Shown one piece after another: positions 46,240 to 59,039 of a stretch of 64,000 nucleotides of DNA (position 1 is the first letter of the stretch; every line of letters begins with the position of its first letter). The stretch lies in assembly GCF_009914755.1 (NCBI RefSeq), contig NC_060945.1. One strand, written 5' to 3'. This stretch comes from the human T2T-CHM13v2.0 reference genome, Homo sapiens. Position numbers and translations under genes: made by a program. The notes beneath the pieces are model-generated. The model saw only the letters and a program-made list of their open reading frames with translations, was not told the origin of the DNA and did no database searches.

Positions 46240-46688
46240 TGTGATAGTGAATACTGAGCGTCAACTTAATTGGATTGAAGGATGCAAAGTATTGTTCTGG
46301 GTGTGCCTGTGAGGGTGTTGCCAAAGCAGATTAACATTTGAGTCACTGGACTGGGAAAGTCAGACCCACCCCCAATCTGGGTAGGCACCATCTAATCAGC
46401 TGCCAGCACGGCCAGAATAAAAGGCAGAAGAACATGGAAAGACTAGACTGGTTTAGTCTTCTGGCCTCCGTCTTTCTCCCATGCTGGATGCTTCCTGCCC
46501 TCAAACACTGGACTCCAAGTTCTTAAGCTTTAAGACTTGGACTGGCTTCCTTTCTCCTCAGCTTGCAGATGGCCTATTGTGGGACCTCACCCTTGTGACT
46601 GTGTGAGTCAACACACCTTAATAAACTCTCCTCTCTATATACATCTATCCTATTAGTTCTGTCCCTCTAGAGAACCCTGACTAATATG
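46240..46688 (+). mobile_element. MLT2A1-like (HERV-L) solo LTR
   Basis: ggattgaaggatgcaaagtattg...ctagagaaccctgactaata; perfect TSD ctgtc. Confidence 0.9.
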
Positions 46689-47161
46689 CTGTCCTAACAC
46701 ATCATGTGCTGATTATTCCTCGTTTTAAAAAATTGGAGAACAAAATGATCAGATGCTGATCTTCATTTTGAAAACCTCTTTTGAATGTGCTGCCTCCCTG
46801 GTATGATCTGGATGCTTGCCAGGGTGGTCTGGAGACCTCAGTCTGTTTGCTCTCCCGGGAAAAATCATGGTCACCCACTGACTTCCTCTTTTCTCACAAA
46901 TAGAGGACAAGGTAGTTCTTCTGTTGTAGGTTTCATCGGGAATTTATTAATCCCCCTCCCGGAGGTGTTAGCATTTCAGTCTTGTGCCCAGCCATCTTGC
47001 AGTATTGAGAGTGGAATACAGGGTAAGTCATATCCTCAACAGTCCTTGCCAAGAACACCAAAATCTTAGCCTGTGGGTAATAATCTAAGTCTTCTTAATC
47101 TAAGTCAAAATTACCCTTTCCATCTAAACATAATACCAGCCTCTCTAAAAAAGGGCAAGCT

Positions 47162-47458
47162 GACCCGGTGTGGTGGCTCACGCCTGTAATCCCAGCACTT
47201 CGGAAGGCCGAGGTGGGCAGATCACCTGAGGCCAGGAGTTCAAGACCAGCCTGGCCAATATGGTGAAACCCTGTCTCTACTGAAAATACAAAAAATTAGA
47301 CAGGCATGGTGGCAGGCGCCTGTAATCCCAGCTACTCAGGAGGCTGAGGCAAGAGAATTGCTTGAACCTGGAGGTGGAGGTTGCAGTAAGCCAAGATCAT
47401 GCCACTGCACTCCAGCCTGGGAACAGGAGCGAAACTCCGTCTCATAGAAGAAAAAAAA
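47162..47458 (+). mobile_element. AluSx/Sz
   Basis: Full dimer with A tail. Confidence 0.92.
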
Positions 47459-48777
47459 AGCAAGTTTTGTCCCATCAGGGGCTGACGCAGACACAGGGAC
47501 CAAAGCCCAGCCACCTCCTGGGACTCTCTGCTGTCAAACAGGAAGGTACAGATCTTTCTCCACCCATGCTCTGTGATGCCAAACTCTATTATAAAACATT
47601 TACTGGAGAAGGGTATCAAACGGGAATTTATTTCTATCACAAACAGCACTCAAATATTTCCCAGATAGTTTCTGCAATCAGTCATGTGCACCTTTTCAAA
47701 GTTTTAAATGTTTCCAAACTTTTTGGAAATGTATAGTGATTGATACAGGCCTTTAAGTTTAGTATTACTGCTCATGCCACATTTTCACCTGATTTCCAGT
47801 CTTTTGTGGTATTCTTGATTGGTAAGTCATTTGATTTTATCTTTTATTAAGGGCCTTTGAATTTAGCACAATGCTGAAATGATTCATCAATCATAATAAA
47901 AGACTTCAAAGGGATCCAAGCTAAACCTCAGGATTCTGAGGAGCATACTGGACAGTGAACTTATTGTATTTCAACTTCAGGACAATAAGCCTGGTGGAGG
48001 ATTTTGCTCTAAAGACATAATGAGTATGTTAGTCACATCTAAAAATCATCTGCTGTCCGCATGTTCAGATTCATATATATGTGTATATATATAAATATAA
48101 TATACACACATATGTGTGTGTGCATTTCATCTGACATTCATTTATTCTGTAGCAAGATATGTTTTAGGCTATTCTTTTCTACTGATCCATTCCCTGAGCA
48201 TCAGAGGTCACTGTAAATGAAAAACAAGGTGAACTCCCTTGGGTGGGAGCCATGCTTGGCCAAATCCAGAGAAACTGTGTGGTGCTTAATTCCAGCTTAG
48301 TCTACATAGGCCCTAGTTTGAAACATAAAGTTGAAATCCATCAAGCAATTGTTTTCAAATCAACATTTCGGAAACATTTTTCAGTCATACTTACATGAAT
48401 TCAAAATGTTTTCAAAGTATTGAGTGTTTTGCTGTATTACATTTGTAAAAAGGCAAAAGATAATCAGTGTGTGTTGATAATGTTAATAGAGATTTTAGAA
48501 ATGATGATAGTGAAGTTTAAAAAAGGAACACCAACCAAACATAAAGAACTCTCTTTTCAAAATATCAATTTAAAATACAGGATCTCCCATGGCTTACAAT
48601 GGACTCAGTAGTGAGGCACACAAACAGCAGTAAAACACATCTCTAAGGCATCCAGAAGAAAATAGATAACTAAATATCCATAATGCTGGCCAGACTGTGA
48701 TACATAGCAAAATAGAAGTATTTATTCTGTAGCAAGAGATGGAGGCTGCAAAGGAAAATGCACTCTGTTCTCACTAG

Positions 48778-49236
<459 letters not shown>

Positions 49237-50537
49237 GGTAGTTCCATTTAAATTAGCTCATAAAAGGTAGGTAAGATTTCAACAACCAGGGAAGAAGACC
49301 TCAGTCAAGAACAATATGGCCATAGACTAAAGGCGTGAGACTGGATGGCACAGCTCTGAGGCAGGGTGTCTGGGGACTGAGAGCACCTGTTGCTAAGGTG
49401 ATAAATTAAGATCAGATTGTAAATAGCTCCAAATGCCATGCTAAAGTGAACATTTCTCTGCAGGACACGGGTCCGGAGAAGGTTTTGAACAAAGCACTTT
49501 AGACAGATGAATCTGAGGGTAACCCTAAAGACAACATGGAAGCTGGAGAAAGAGGAGGAAAGATTCTCTAAGAGATAAGTGCACTGGCTTACACAAAAAG
49601 CAGGTGGGCTTACACCTGGAAGGTAATGATGGAAACAAAAAAGAATAACCAAAATTCAGTAGTATGTCAATATCTGGTAACTGACACCATCTGGAATGAG
49701 GGGAAATGATTCAAGACTTTCCAACTGGGACAGGTGGAGAGAGAGGGGTGTAATCTAGGAAGATGGAAAATGCAAGAGCAAATCAGATTCTGAAAACAAT
49801 TAAGTAATTCCTGATTCCTTTCAAATAAAAGGTGAGGCCTGATGTGAGTCTTAAAGTCTTAAAGTTCACTGGTTAAAGGGAAAACAGTGGGGGAGGGAAG
49901 CACAGTCCAGCAGGATGCAAACAGGTGAGCAAAGCCACAGGTTAGAACATGGAAGCTGTCGAGGAAGGCAAGAAAAGGGGAAGGAGGCATAAAGCTGGGC
50001 CACGTGCCAGGACCAGTGAGAGGGTGACCATGAAAAATCAGTAACAAGATCGGTGACCACTTAGACGTAGAGGATAGAGGTGTGGGGGCAGGGTGGACTG
50101 AGAAAGTCTCTCAGGTTTCAAGCTTAAGTGACTCCAGGGCTTTTGTGCCCACATTTAAAACGGAGAATAGATGTGAACAATCAAGGAAAAATGACTGATG
50201 CTGAGTTTAAGGCACCTGGGAGACGGGGGATAATTGCTTCCCAGAGACAGAGGTGCAGCGCCAAACCTGGGGAAAGGAAGACCCAGTTTAAAGATAAAAG
50301 GGTTGTTACCCTTTAGACAGCAAATAAAACCACGTGTGTAGCTGGTATCACTTTGAAAAGGGAAGAAGGAAAGCCCACAGATCTCTCTACAGACAAGACA
50401 ACCAACGACTAAAAACCATTTAGATTAAAAGAAAAGAAATAATCTTACAGTAATGTTGTAAAGAGGTATTAACATCAAAAGACTAACTAGAACTAACATC
50501 AACAGCAGAAAGGACAATTTATAGCCTTATTCATTAG

Positions 50538-50903
<366 letters not shown>

Positions 50904-51324
50904 TAAAGTCATGAATTTCCTGCCATCAATGGAAATGTCTTTTGATGACCACATGGATATCAGGAGCGATGCATCCTGCTTTCTGTCCCCATGTTCCAGT
51001 GCAATCAATGTTTTACACATCAAACATTCCAGTGGAGAATGGAACTCGTAGAACAAATTAGAAAATATTCATCTAATGATCTATCCAAAGATAAGGAAGG
51101 TCTTGATACTACAATTCTGTTAAATTCTGTTAAATAAAGTTTAAGAGTGTAGGTGTCCTTTATTAACAAAATCCTTACCTTTGGAAAATGGTCTCTTTTT
51201 TTTACAGAGCTGGTGAAACACACCAGGCTAACTTCTTGTCACCAGGATTCATCCATAAAACTTTTGTGGGTTCCCACTGAGCAGCCCTTGGAGCCCCTTC
51301 TTGAGACTCTCATAAATGTAGAAA

Positions 51325-51772
51325 GTGTTCTCATTGTTCAAATCCCACTTACAAGTGAGAACATGCAGTGTTTGGTTTTCTGTTCTTGTGTTAGTTTGCC
51401 AAGGATGACATATATACCATGGAATACTATGATAGTCCATAGTCCCTGCAAAGCACATGATCTCATTCCTTCTTATGGCTGCACAGTATTCCATGTGTAT
51501 ATGTACCACATTTTCTTTATCCAGTCTATCACTAATGGGCATTTGGGTTGGTTCCATGTCTTTGCTATTACGAATAGTGCTGCAATGAGAGCATCAGGAC
51601 AAATAGCTAATGCATGTGGGGCTTATAACCTAGGTGACACGTTGATAGGCACAGCAAACCACGATGGCACACATATACCTATGTAACAAACCTGCACGTT
51701 CTGCACATGTACCCCAGAACTTAAAGTAAAATAAGAGAAGGAAAATGGTAAAAGGAAAAAAAAAAAAAAAAA
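51325..51772 (+). mobile_element. L1PA8-like 3' end with inverted 5' segment
   Basis: Antisense 51325-51587, then sense 3' terminus and polyA; TSD agaaagtg (51320-51327 / 52077-52084) also encloses the following Alu. Confidence 0.85.
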
Positions 51773-51774
51773 GA

Positions 51775-52091
<317 letters not shown>

Positions 52092-52943
52092 CTAGCTTAC
52101 ATGGGTGCTCTCTGAGAAGCCAAAACCACATTTAGCAGAAGCCTGAGAAATGCAGCACCTCAGTCAACTCCAAGAAGCACCGCAGCCCAGCAAGATCTGC
52201 CAGGAGCTCTCCCTCCTGAAGCTCCACGCAACAATGCACAGCTAGAAACTTTTGGTCTTCAGTTATCAAATGGAGCAACCAGTGTAACCAAAGTCAAATA
52301 ACTTCATGGGCATGCTAACCACCCTTCGTGAAAGACACGCCCAATGGTCCAGACCAGTCACACTGATGGGGCTCAAAGGCAGGCAAGAGTCCCAGCCTGG
52401 ATGAACCCTTCACACTGAGCGAGAGCGGTACACTCACGGCTTCCCACCCCGAGTTTTCTACCTCCTCTCTCTCTCTCTCTCTGCCTGCTGCCCCCCAACT
52501 CCTCAACCCACCCGGGTCCCCGGGGAGGCTGTGTCCTTCTTTCATTTCTTGTGTCAGGTTTCGGGCTGACACGTGGTAATTGATTCCGTGGCTGGTTAGA
52601 CGGGCGTTAAGTGGGAGGGATGAAGTTTCACTGAAAACAAATAGCACTTCATGGATCTGACCTTTCCTCTTGGAAGCTTTTGTTGTGGTCGACTCTAGGC
52701 TGTGCAGTTCAAACCTGTGTGAGCAAGTTGTGTCTATGTCGGCAGTTCCCCAATTCACCTTCACCAGCTCCCAGTGTGCAGTGACAGCTAGATTGTCTCA
52801 CTGTCACTTCTGGCATGATGACAGCCTAGCGTCAGGTGGAGGCAATGATTCACACCTGAGAATTAGTGTCCCAGGGACTGAGATGGCTGAGTATGGCCTG
52901 AGCCTTCAGAATAGCAGGACTTCATGGAAGAGACTTGCATTCA

Positions 52944-53439
52944 GAGAAAAACAAACAATCCCATCAAAAAGTGGGCTAGGGACGTGAATAGACAATTCTC
53001 AAAAGAAGATGTACAAATGGCCAACAAGCATATGAAAAAATGCTCAACATCACTAATGATCAGGGAAATGCAAATCAAAACCACAATGCAATACCACCTT
53101 ATTCCTGCAAGAATGGCCATAATCAAAAAATCAAAAAATAATAGATGTTGGCGAGGATGCAGTGAAAAGGGAACACTTTTACACTGTTGGTGAGAATGTA
53201 AACTAGTACAACCACTATGGAAAACAGTGTAGAGATTCCTTAAAGAACTAAAAGTAGATCTACTGTTTGATCCAGCAATCCCACTACTAGGTATCTACCC
53301 AGAGGAAAATAAGTCATTATACGAAAAGGATACCTGCACATGCATGTTTATAGCAGCACAATTGCAATTGCAAAAATATGGAACCACCTAAATGCCCATC
53401 AGTCAATGAGTGGATAAAGAAAATGTAATGTGTATATAC

Positions 53440-53482
<43 letters not shown>

Positions 53483-53900
53483 GGTATACATATATATGTG
53501 TGTGTGTATACATATATATGAGATGGAATGCTACTCAGCCATAAAAAGGAAAAAAATAATGACATTTGCAGCAACCTGGATGGAACTGGAGACTATTATC
53601 CTAAGTGAAGTAACTCAGGAATGGAAAACCAAACATCATATGTCCTCACTGATGTGTGGGAGCTAAGCTATGGGGATGCAAAGGCATAAGAATGATACAT
53701 TAAACTTTGTGAACTTGGGGGAAAGGATGAGGGGTGGCAAGAGATAAAACAGTACACATTGGGTACAGTGTACACTGCTCAGGTGATGGGTGCAGCAGAA
53801 TCTCAGAAATCACTGCTAAAGAACTTATTCATGTAACCAAACACCACCTGTTCCCCAAAAACCTATTGAAATAAAACATAAAAAATATTTTTAAAAAAAG
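52944..53900 (+). mobile_element. L1PB 3' end with internal (TA)(TG) microsatellite at 53428-53520
   Basis: ORF2 C-terminus ([16 protein letters not shown]) and L1PB 3'UTR; TSD gacttgcattca. Confidence 0.92.
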
Positions 53901-54069
53901 GACTTGCATTCAATAAATAGGATGGATAAATCTTGGATAATACACTTTGTCCAAGTGCAACTTCCAGTTTATGGCACAATTTCAGTTCCAGTCACCCAAA
54001 GGAGGCATCAGCACTAAGCTTTACCCACGTGAAGTTCAAGGTTCCCCCAATGAAACCTTTGGGTTACAG

Positions 54070-54460
54070 TCATGCGTGTTCTCTGCATTCCCCACATCCT
54101 CCTTCAGAACTAAAGGATGCCTTTCCCCAGGGCTTAGAGGGATGTCAGTGGCAGCTTTCAGCTATCCTCTGCAGATGCTGCCTTTGGCTGAAGGGAGCCA
54201 CCTTACCCAGGATTACACCCTCTTCCTGTGACAGCCAGTGTCCAATGAGCAACAGACCAGGAGCACAATGGTCTGAGCCTCCAGCCCCAGCTCAGCGTGA
54301 CTCTGAAGGCCACGCCAGCTTCCCATAGGATGACAGTGGCACTATCAAATTCTTATCTGTCACCTCCTGTTTCCTTTTCTCCTTGATCACAGGAGTGGCC
54401 CCAAACAAACTTCCAGCAGTCCAGTATCCCCCAGGGATCTGCCTCCTGGAAATCCAGGCT
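54070..54460 (+). mobile_element. LTR16-like 5' LTR
   Basis: ggctgaagggagccaccttacccagg, tgactctgaaggcca, atctgcctcctggaaatcc; boundaries approximate. Confidence 0.6.
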
Positions 54461-54537
54461 AGGATTTTGGAGCCATATCGCCCACTCCCTAGCCAGCAAT
54501 GAGGACCCCATCACATAGCCCCTCACTCAAAGTAGCA

Positions 54538-54810
54538 GTGGACACTTTGGGAGGCCAAGGTGAGAGGATCACTAGAGGCCAGGAGTTCAAAACCAGCCTG
54601 AGCAACATAGTGACATGCCATCTCTAAAAAAAACTTTAAAATTAGCCACATGTGGTGGCACATGTCTGTAGTCCCAACTACTTGGGAGGCTGAGGCAGGG
54701 GGATCGCTTGAGCCCAGTAGTTCAAGGCTGTAGTAAACTGTGATTGTGCCACTGCACTCCAGACTGGGTGAGACTTTGTCTCTAAAATAAATAAAATTAA
54801 ATAAAAAAGT
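54538..54810 (+). mobile_element. AluJ lacking its 5' end
   Basis: cactttgggaggcc...ttcaaggctgtag...A-rich tail. Confidence 0.88.
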
Positions 54811-55743
54811 AACAATGGAATTGTTAAGACTTTCACCAGAGTGAACTGGGGGAGGGTTACCAGGGACAGGAAATGCAGGAGCCTGTGCTGAGCTGAGCAT
54901 CAGCTGTTTGAGAAATACACACAGGAAAGAGGAGTGATAAAGTCAATGAGATTGCCTGGCTGTTGCTGAGGACAAATGACGTTTGGGGGACTGACAAGAA
55001 AAGGCTGAGGACACTGACCATGAATTAAAGGCTATGAGTGAAAGCCAGGGGCCTCCTGGCCAGGATGTGAAGGGACTCTGTTACTCATACTCAAGAGGCA
55101 GAAAAAGCTAAGGATGGGGCTTAGAATTTAGTTACAAAAACAGCAGAGTGTCACAGAATTTTAACCCCCAACTAGACAAGTCTGCTATGGCCAAAATCAG
55201 AGCTCCCACTGGGAAGGAATGATATCTTGATATAGGGGACCTTGAATCCCTGGAACCCCTGAACTCTCTGAGGCTCCAGAACAGGCTCACCCAGGGGAGG
55301 GCTCGCACCTCCCTCTTGCTGGAAGACACTCTGCAGAGACCTCTGCCTATAAGATAGCACATACCCAGGATCTATCCCCTCTTCCTCTTCTACCTCTGCC
55401 CACAAGACATTATACACCCAAGATCAACCTCCTCTTCCTCTTCTGGCCCCCAGGCTAATGTCAAGAGGATAGACCCTGAAGGATCTGCAAGTCCCGCAAA
55501 TGTGCTGGTGGGAGCCAGGAGAGGGTGGCGGGACTCGGTCCTCAGGGCTCTAGGTCAAGGGGGTAGAACACAAAGTCAGATAAGGAAGAGTTTATTAACA
55601 CTGGAACATTCTCTCATGATATAGGATGTAATACCTGCATTCATCTGCTAGGGCTGCCGCAACAAAGTACCACAAACTATGGGCTTAAAACAACAGATAT
55701 TTATTGTCTCATGGTCCTGGAAGCTAGATGTCTGAGATAAAGG

Positions 55744-56538
55744 TTATTAGTCAAGGTTCTCCAGAGAAATAAAACCAAGAGAGATAGACAGACAGATAGA
55801 TAGATAATATATAGATAGTTGATAAATAATAGGTTAGATAGATAGATGATAGATAATAAACAGATGACAGTTAAGTAGAGAGATAATAGAGATAATAAAT
55901 AGATGATAAATAGATAACAGATCATAGATAATAGAGATAGATTAGATAGATAATATAGACAGAATAGATAATAGGTAAGTAGATAAATAGAGATGATAGA
56001 TGATAGATAAATAGATAACAGATGATAGATAATAGAGACATATTAGACAGATAGACAATAGAGAGAGAGAGAGAATAAATGAAGACATTTATTTGGGGGA
56101 AAGCTCACATGATTATGGAGGCTGAGAAGTCCCACAATCTGCTGTCTGCAAGCTGGAGACCAGGACAGTTGTTGGTGTAACTCAGTCCAAATCCAAAGGT
56201 CTGAGAATCAGGGTATGTGCTGGTGTAAGTCCCCAAGTTCAAAGGATTGAGATCCAGTAGGTTTGATGTCCAAGGTCAGGAGAAGATGGATGTCCCAGCT
56301 CAAGAAGAGGGAGAGAATTCTCCCTTCTTCTGGCCTTTTGTTCTACTCAGGCCCTCAGTGCCTTCCCAGTGGGATGCTGCCTGGTCACCACTGACGGCAG
56401 ATCTTTCTTACTCAGTCTCCTGATTCAAATGCTGATCTCTTCCAGAAACACCCTCACAGGCACACCCAGAAATAACATTACCAGATATCTGGACATCCCT
56501 CAGCCCAGGTCAACTGGCACATACAACTAACCATCACA
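55744..56538 (-). mobile_element. MLT2 LTR
   Basis: tattagtcaaggttctccagagaaa...ctaaccatcaca; TSD aaagg / gaagg. Confidence 0.85.
55780..56075. repeat. Degenerate (GATA)n microsatellite inside MLT2
   Basis: About 290 bp of gata/gaca/gataa units. Confidence 0.9.
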
Positions 56539-56563
56539 GAAGGCAGCAGGGTTGGTGTTTTCT

Positions 56564-56865
56564 TTTTTGTTTGTTTGTTTTTGAGAGGGAGTCTCACTCT
56601 ATCGTCCAGGTGGAGTGCACTGGCGCAATTTCGGCTCACTGCAACCCCTCCTCTGAGGTTCAAGTGATTCTGCCTCAGCCTCCCAAGTAGCTGGGATTAC
56701 AGTCATGTACCACCACGCCCAGCTAATTTTTGTATTTTTAGTAGAGATGGGGTTTCAGCCTGTTGGCCAGGCTGGTCTCTGATCTCGAACTCCTGACCTC
56801 AGATGATCCGCCCACCTCAGCCTCCCAAAGTGCTGGGATTACAGGCGTGAGCCACCGCACCCGGA
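56564..56865 (-). mobile_element. AluSx
   Basis: Perfect 17-bp TSD cagggttggtgttttct. Confidence 0.93.
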
Positions 56866-57896
56866 CAGGGTTGGTGTTTTCTGAGGCCTCTCTCTCTGGC
56901 TTAGAGGTGGCCATCTTCTCCCTGTGTCCTCACATGGTCATCCCCCATTCCCCGGTAACTGTGTCCAAATTTTTTCTTCTTATAAGGACACCAGTCATTG
57001 GATTGCGACCCTCTTATATGACTTCATTTAACCTTAAGTACCTCTTTAAAGACCTATCTCCAAATATAGTGACACTCTGAGCTACTGAAGGTTAGGACTT
57101 CAACATATAAATGGAGGCTAGGGGTGTAGAGAGGATACAATATCTCAACAAAAATTATGAGAGGGTATCAGCATGATGCTGGGATAGTTCTTGGAAGCCA
57201 GGAGCAAGCAATAGCCATATTAAGTGAAGCAGGAATGCCAGAATTATCATGGCAGATGCGGGGGAAAAGTCAAAACACCCAGAGTGGACAGCTATAGTGG
57301 GTACACCTCTTAAGGCCAGAAAATGTACCAGAGGCTGTTCTGTGGGAGGGTCCAGCGGGTATGTCACTTACCAAAGTACAAAGAAGTGTGCCAATAAGAG
57401 GTGCCAGCATTACTGAAAACCTCAGTGGTTGCCATTCTCTGTGGGCCAGGAATGATGGTAGGAGACATCTAACAATGGGGATGACAGGATCTCCAAATAT
57501 CAGAAACCAGGCAACTATGCACAGCTATCAGAAGCCAGACAGACAATAATCCCGAGGGTCAAGGTCAGAGTGCTACCCTCTGCAAGTCATCTGGCATAGT
57601 TAAGAAAAGATTGTTAGAGAATAGCATCCCTTAGAGGCCAGGCAGAGCTGCAACCCAAGTATCACTCAATCTACAGCATCAGAAGAATTCACGTTTGGTG
57701 GTCAGGAAGCTGAAGACAACTGGCCCAATAATAAACCAGGGCTCTCAGCCTAGTTTCCAGATCTGAAGGAATTTCAGACCCAGAATGGTTGACACTGATA
57801 CACAGAGACTTGAAGCACCCTCATGGCCTCCCTATTATATGCCTTTGCCTCCCAGGTAGTAAGTAACAACCAGAACCAGTTCTGGTTCATAGTAGG

Positions 57897-58468
57897 GCAC
57901 TGGGGCACTGCCTAGTGGAGCTGTGAGAAGAGGGTCACCATCCTCCAGACCCCAGAATGGTAGATCCACCAACAGCTTGCACCATGCGCCTGGAAAAGCA
58001 GCGGACACTCAACACCAGCCCATGAAAGTAGCCGGAAGGGAGGCTGTACCCTGCAAAGCCACAGGGGCAGAGCTGCCCAAGACCACAGGAACCCACCTCT
58101 TGCATCAGTGTGACCTGGTTGTGAGACATGGAGTCAAAGGAAATCATTTTGGAGCTTTAAGATTTGACTGTCCTGCTGGATTTCAGACTTGCATGGGGCC
58201 CAGAGCCCCTTGGTTTTGGCTAATTTCTCCCATTTGGAATGGCTGTATTTCCCCAATGCCTGTACCCCCATTGTATCTAGGGAGTAACTAACTTACTTTT
58301 GATTTTACAGGCTCATAGGCAGAAGGGACTTGCCTTATCTCAGAAGAGACTTTGGACTTGGACTTTTGGGTTAATGCAGGAATGAGTTAAGACTTTGGGG
58401 GACTGTTGGGAAGGCATGATTGGTTTTAAAATGTGAGGACATGAGATTTGGGAGGGGCCGGGGCAGAA
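57897..58468 (+). mobile_element. THE1 internal region, 3' part with polypurine tract
   Basis: ggggcactgcctagtggagctgtgagaagaggg...gggaggggccggggcagaa directly before the LTR. Confidence 0.9.
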
Positions 58469-58826
58469 TGACATGGTTTGGTTCTGTGTCCCCACCCAAA
58501 TCTCACCTTGAATTGCAATAATCCCCATGTATCAAGGGCAAGACCAGGTGGAGATAATTGAATCATGGAGGTGGTTACCCCTATACTGTTCTCATGATAG
58601 TGAGTGAGTTCTCACGAGATCTGATGGTTTTACAAGCGTCTGGCATTTCCCCTGCTGGCACTTCTTCTCTTGCTTGCCACCACATAAGACGTGCCTTTCA
58701 CCTTCCACCATGATTGTGAGGCCTCCCCAGCCACGTGGAACTGTGAGTACATTAAACTTCTTTTTCTTTATAAATTACCCAGACTCAGGTATGTCTTTAT
58801 CAGTAGCATGAAAACAGACTAATAGA
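58469..58826 (+). mobile_element. THE1 (C/D-like) 3' LTR
   Basis: tgacatggtttgg...gactaataga. Confidence 0.92.
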
Positions 58827-59039
58827 GGGTGTTTGCAACTCTCCACCTCCACAGATTTCTTGGTGTGTGAGATAAGAGCTATCAGTGAGAAAGGACAAGG
58901 GAGAGTTTCTAAAACTGTCCACCCCAGCCAAAACAGTAAATCAAAAATAACAGCACATTCTGGGGTAGGGGTTAGGGGAGGTTTGGATCTTAAAGCTTAG
59001 AACTATCCTTAAAGACCTTAAGGGTGCAGGGGTATGTCC

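Larger units (their letters stand above)
55636..57150 (-). mobile_element. MLT1B-like LTR split by MLT2 and Alu
   Basis: ctagggctgccgcaacaaagtaccacaaact...ttataaggacaccagtcattggatt...ggttaggacttcaacatat. Confidence 0.82.

Noticed and set aside
52315-52764. 149-aa minus-strand ORF in unique sequence
   Set aside because: Non-ATG start, no recognisable domain, and it crosses a (GA)n tract
55780-56075. Repeat-spacer-like array
   Set aside because: Degenerate GATA microsatellite with no constant repeat or unique spacers; not CRISPR
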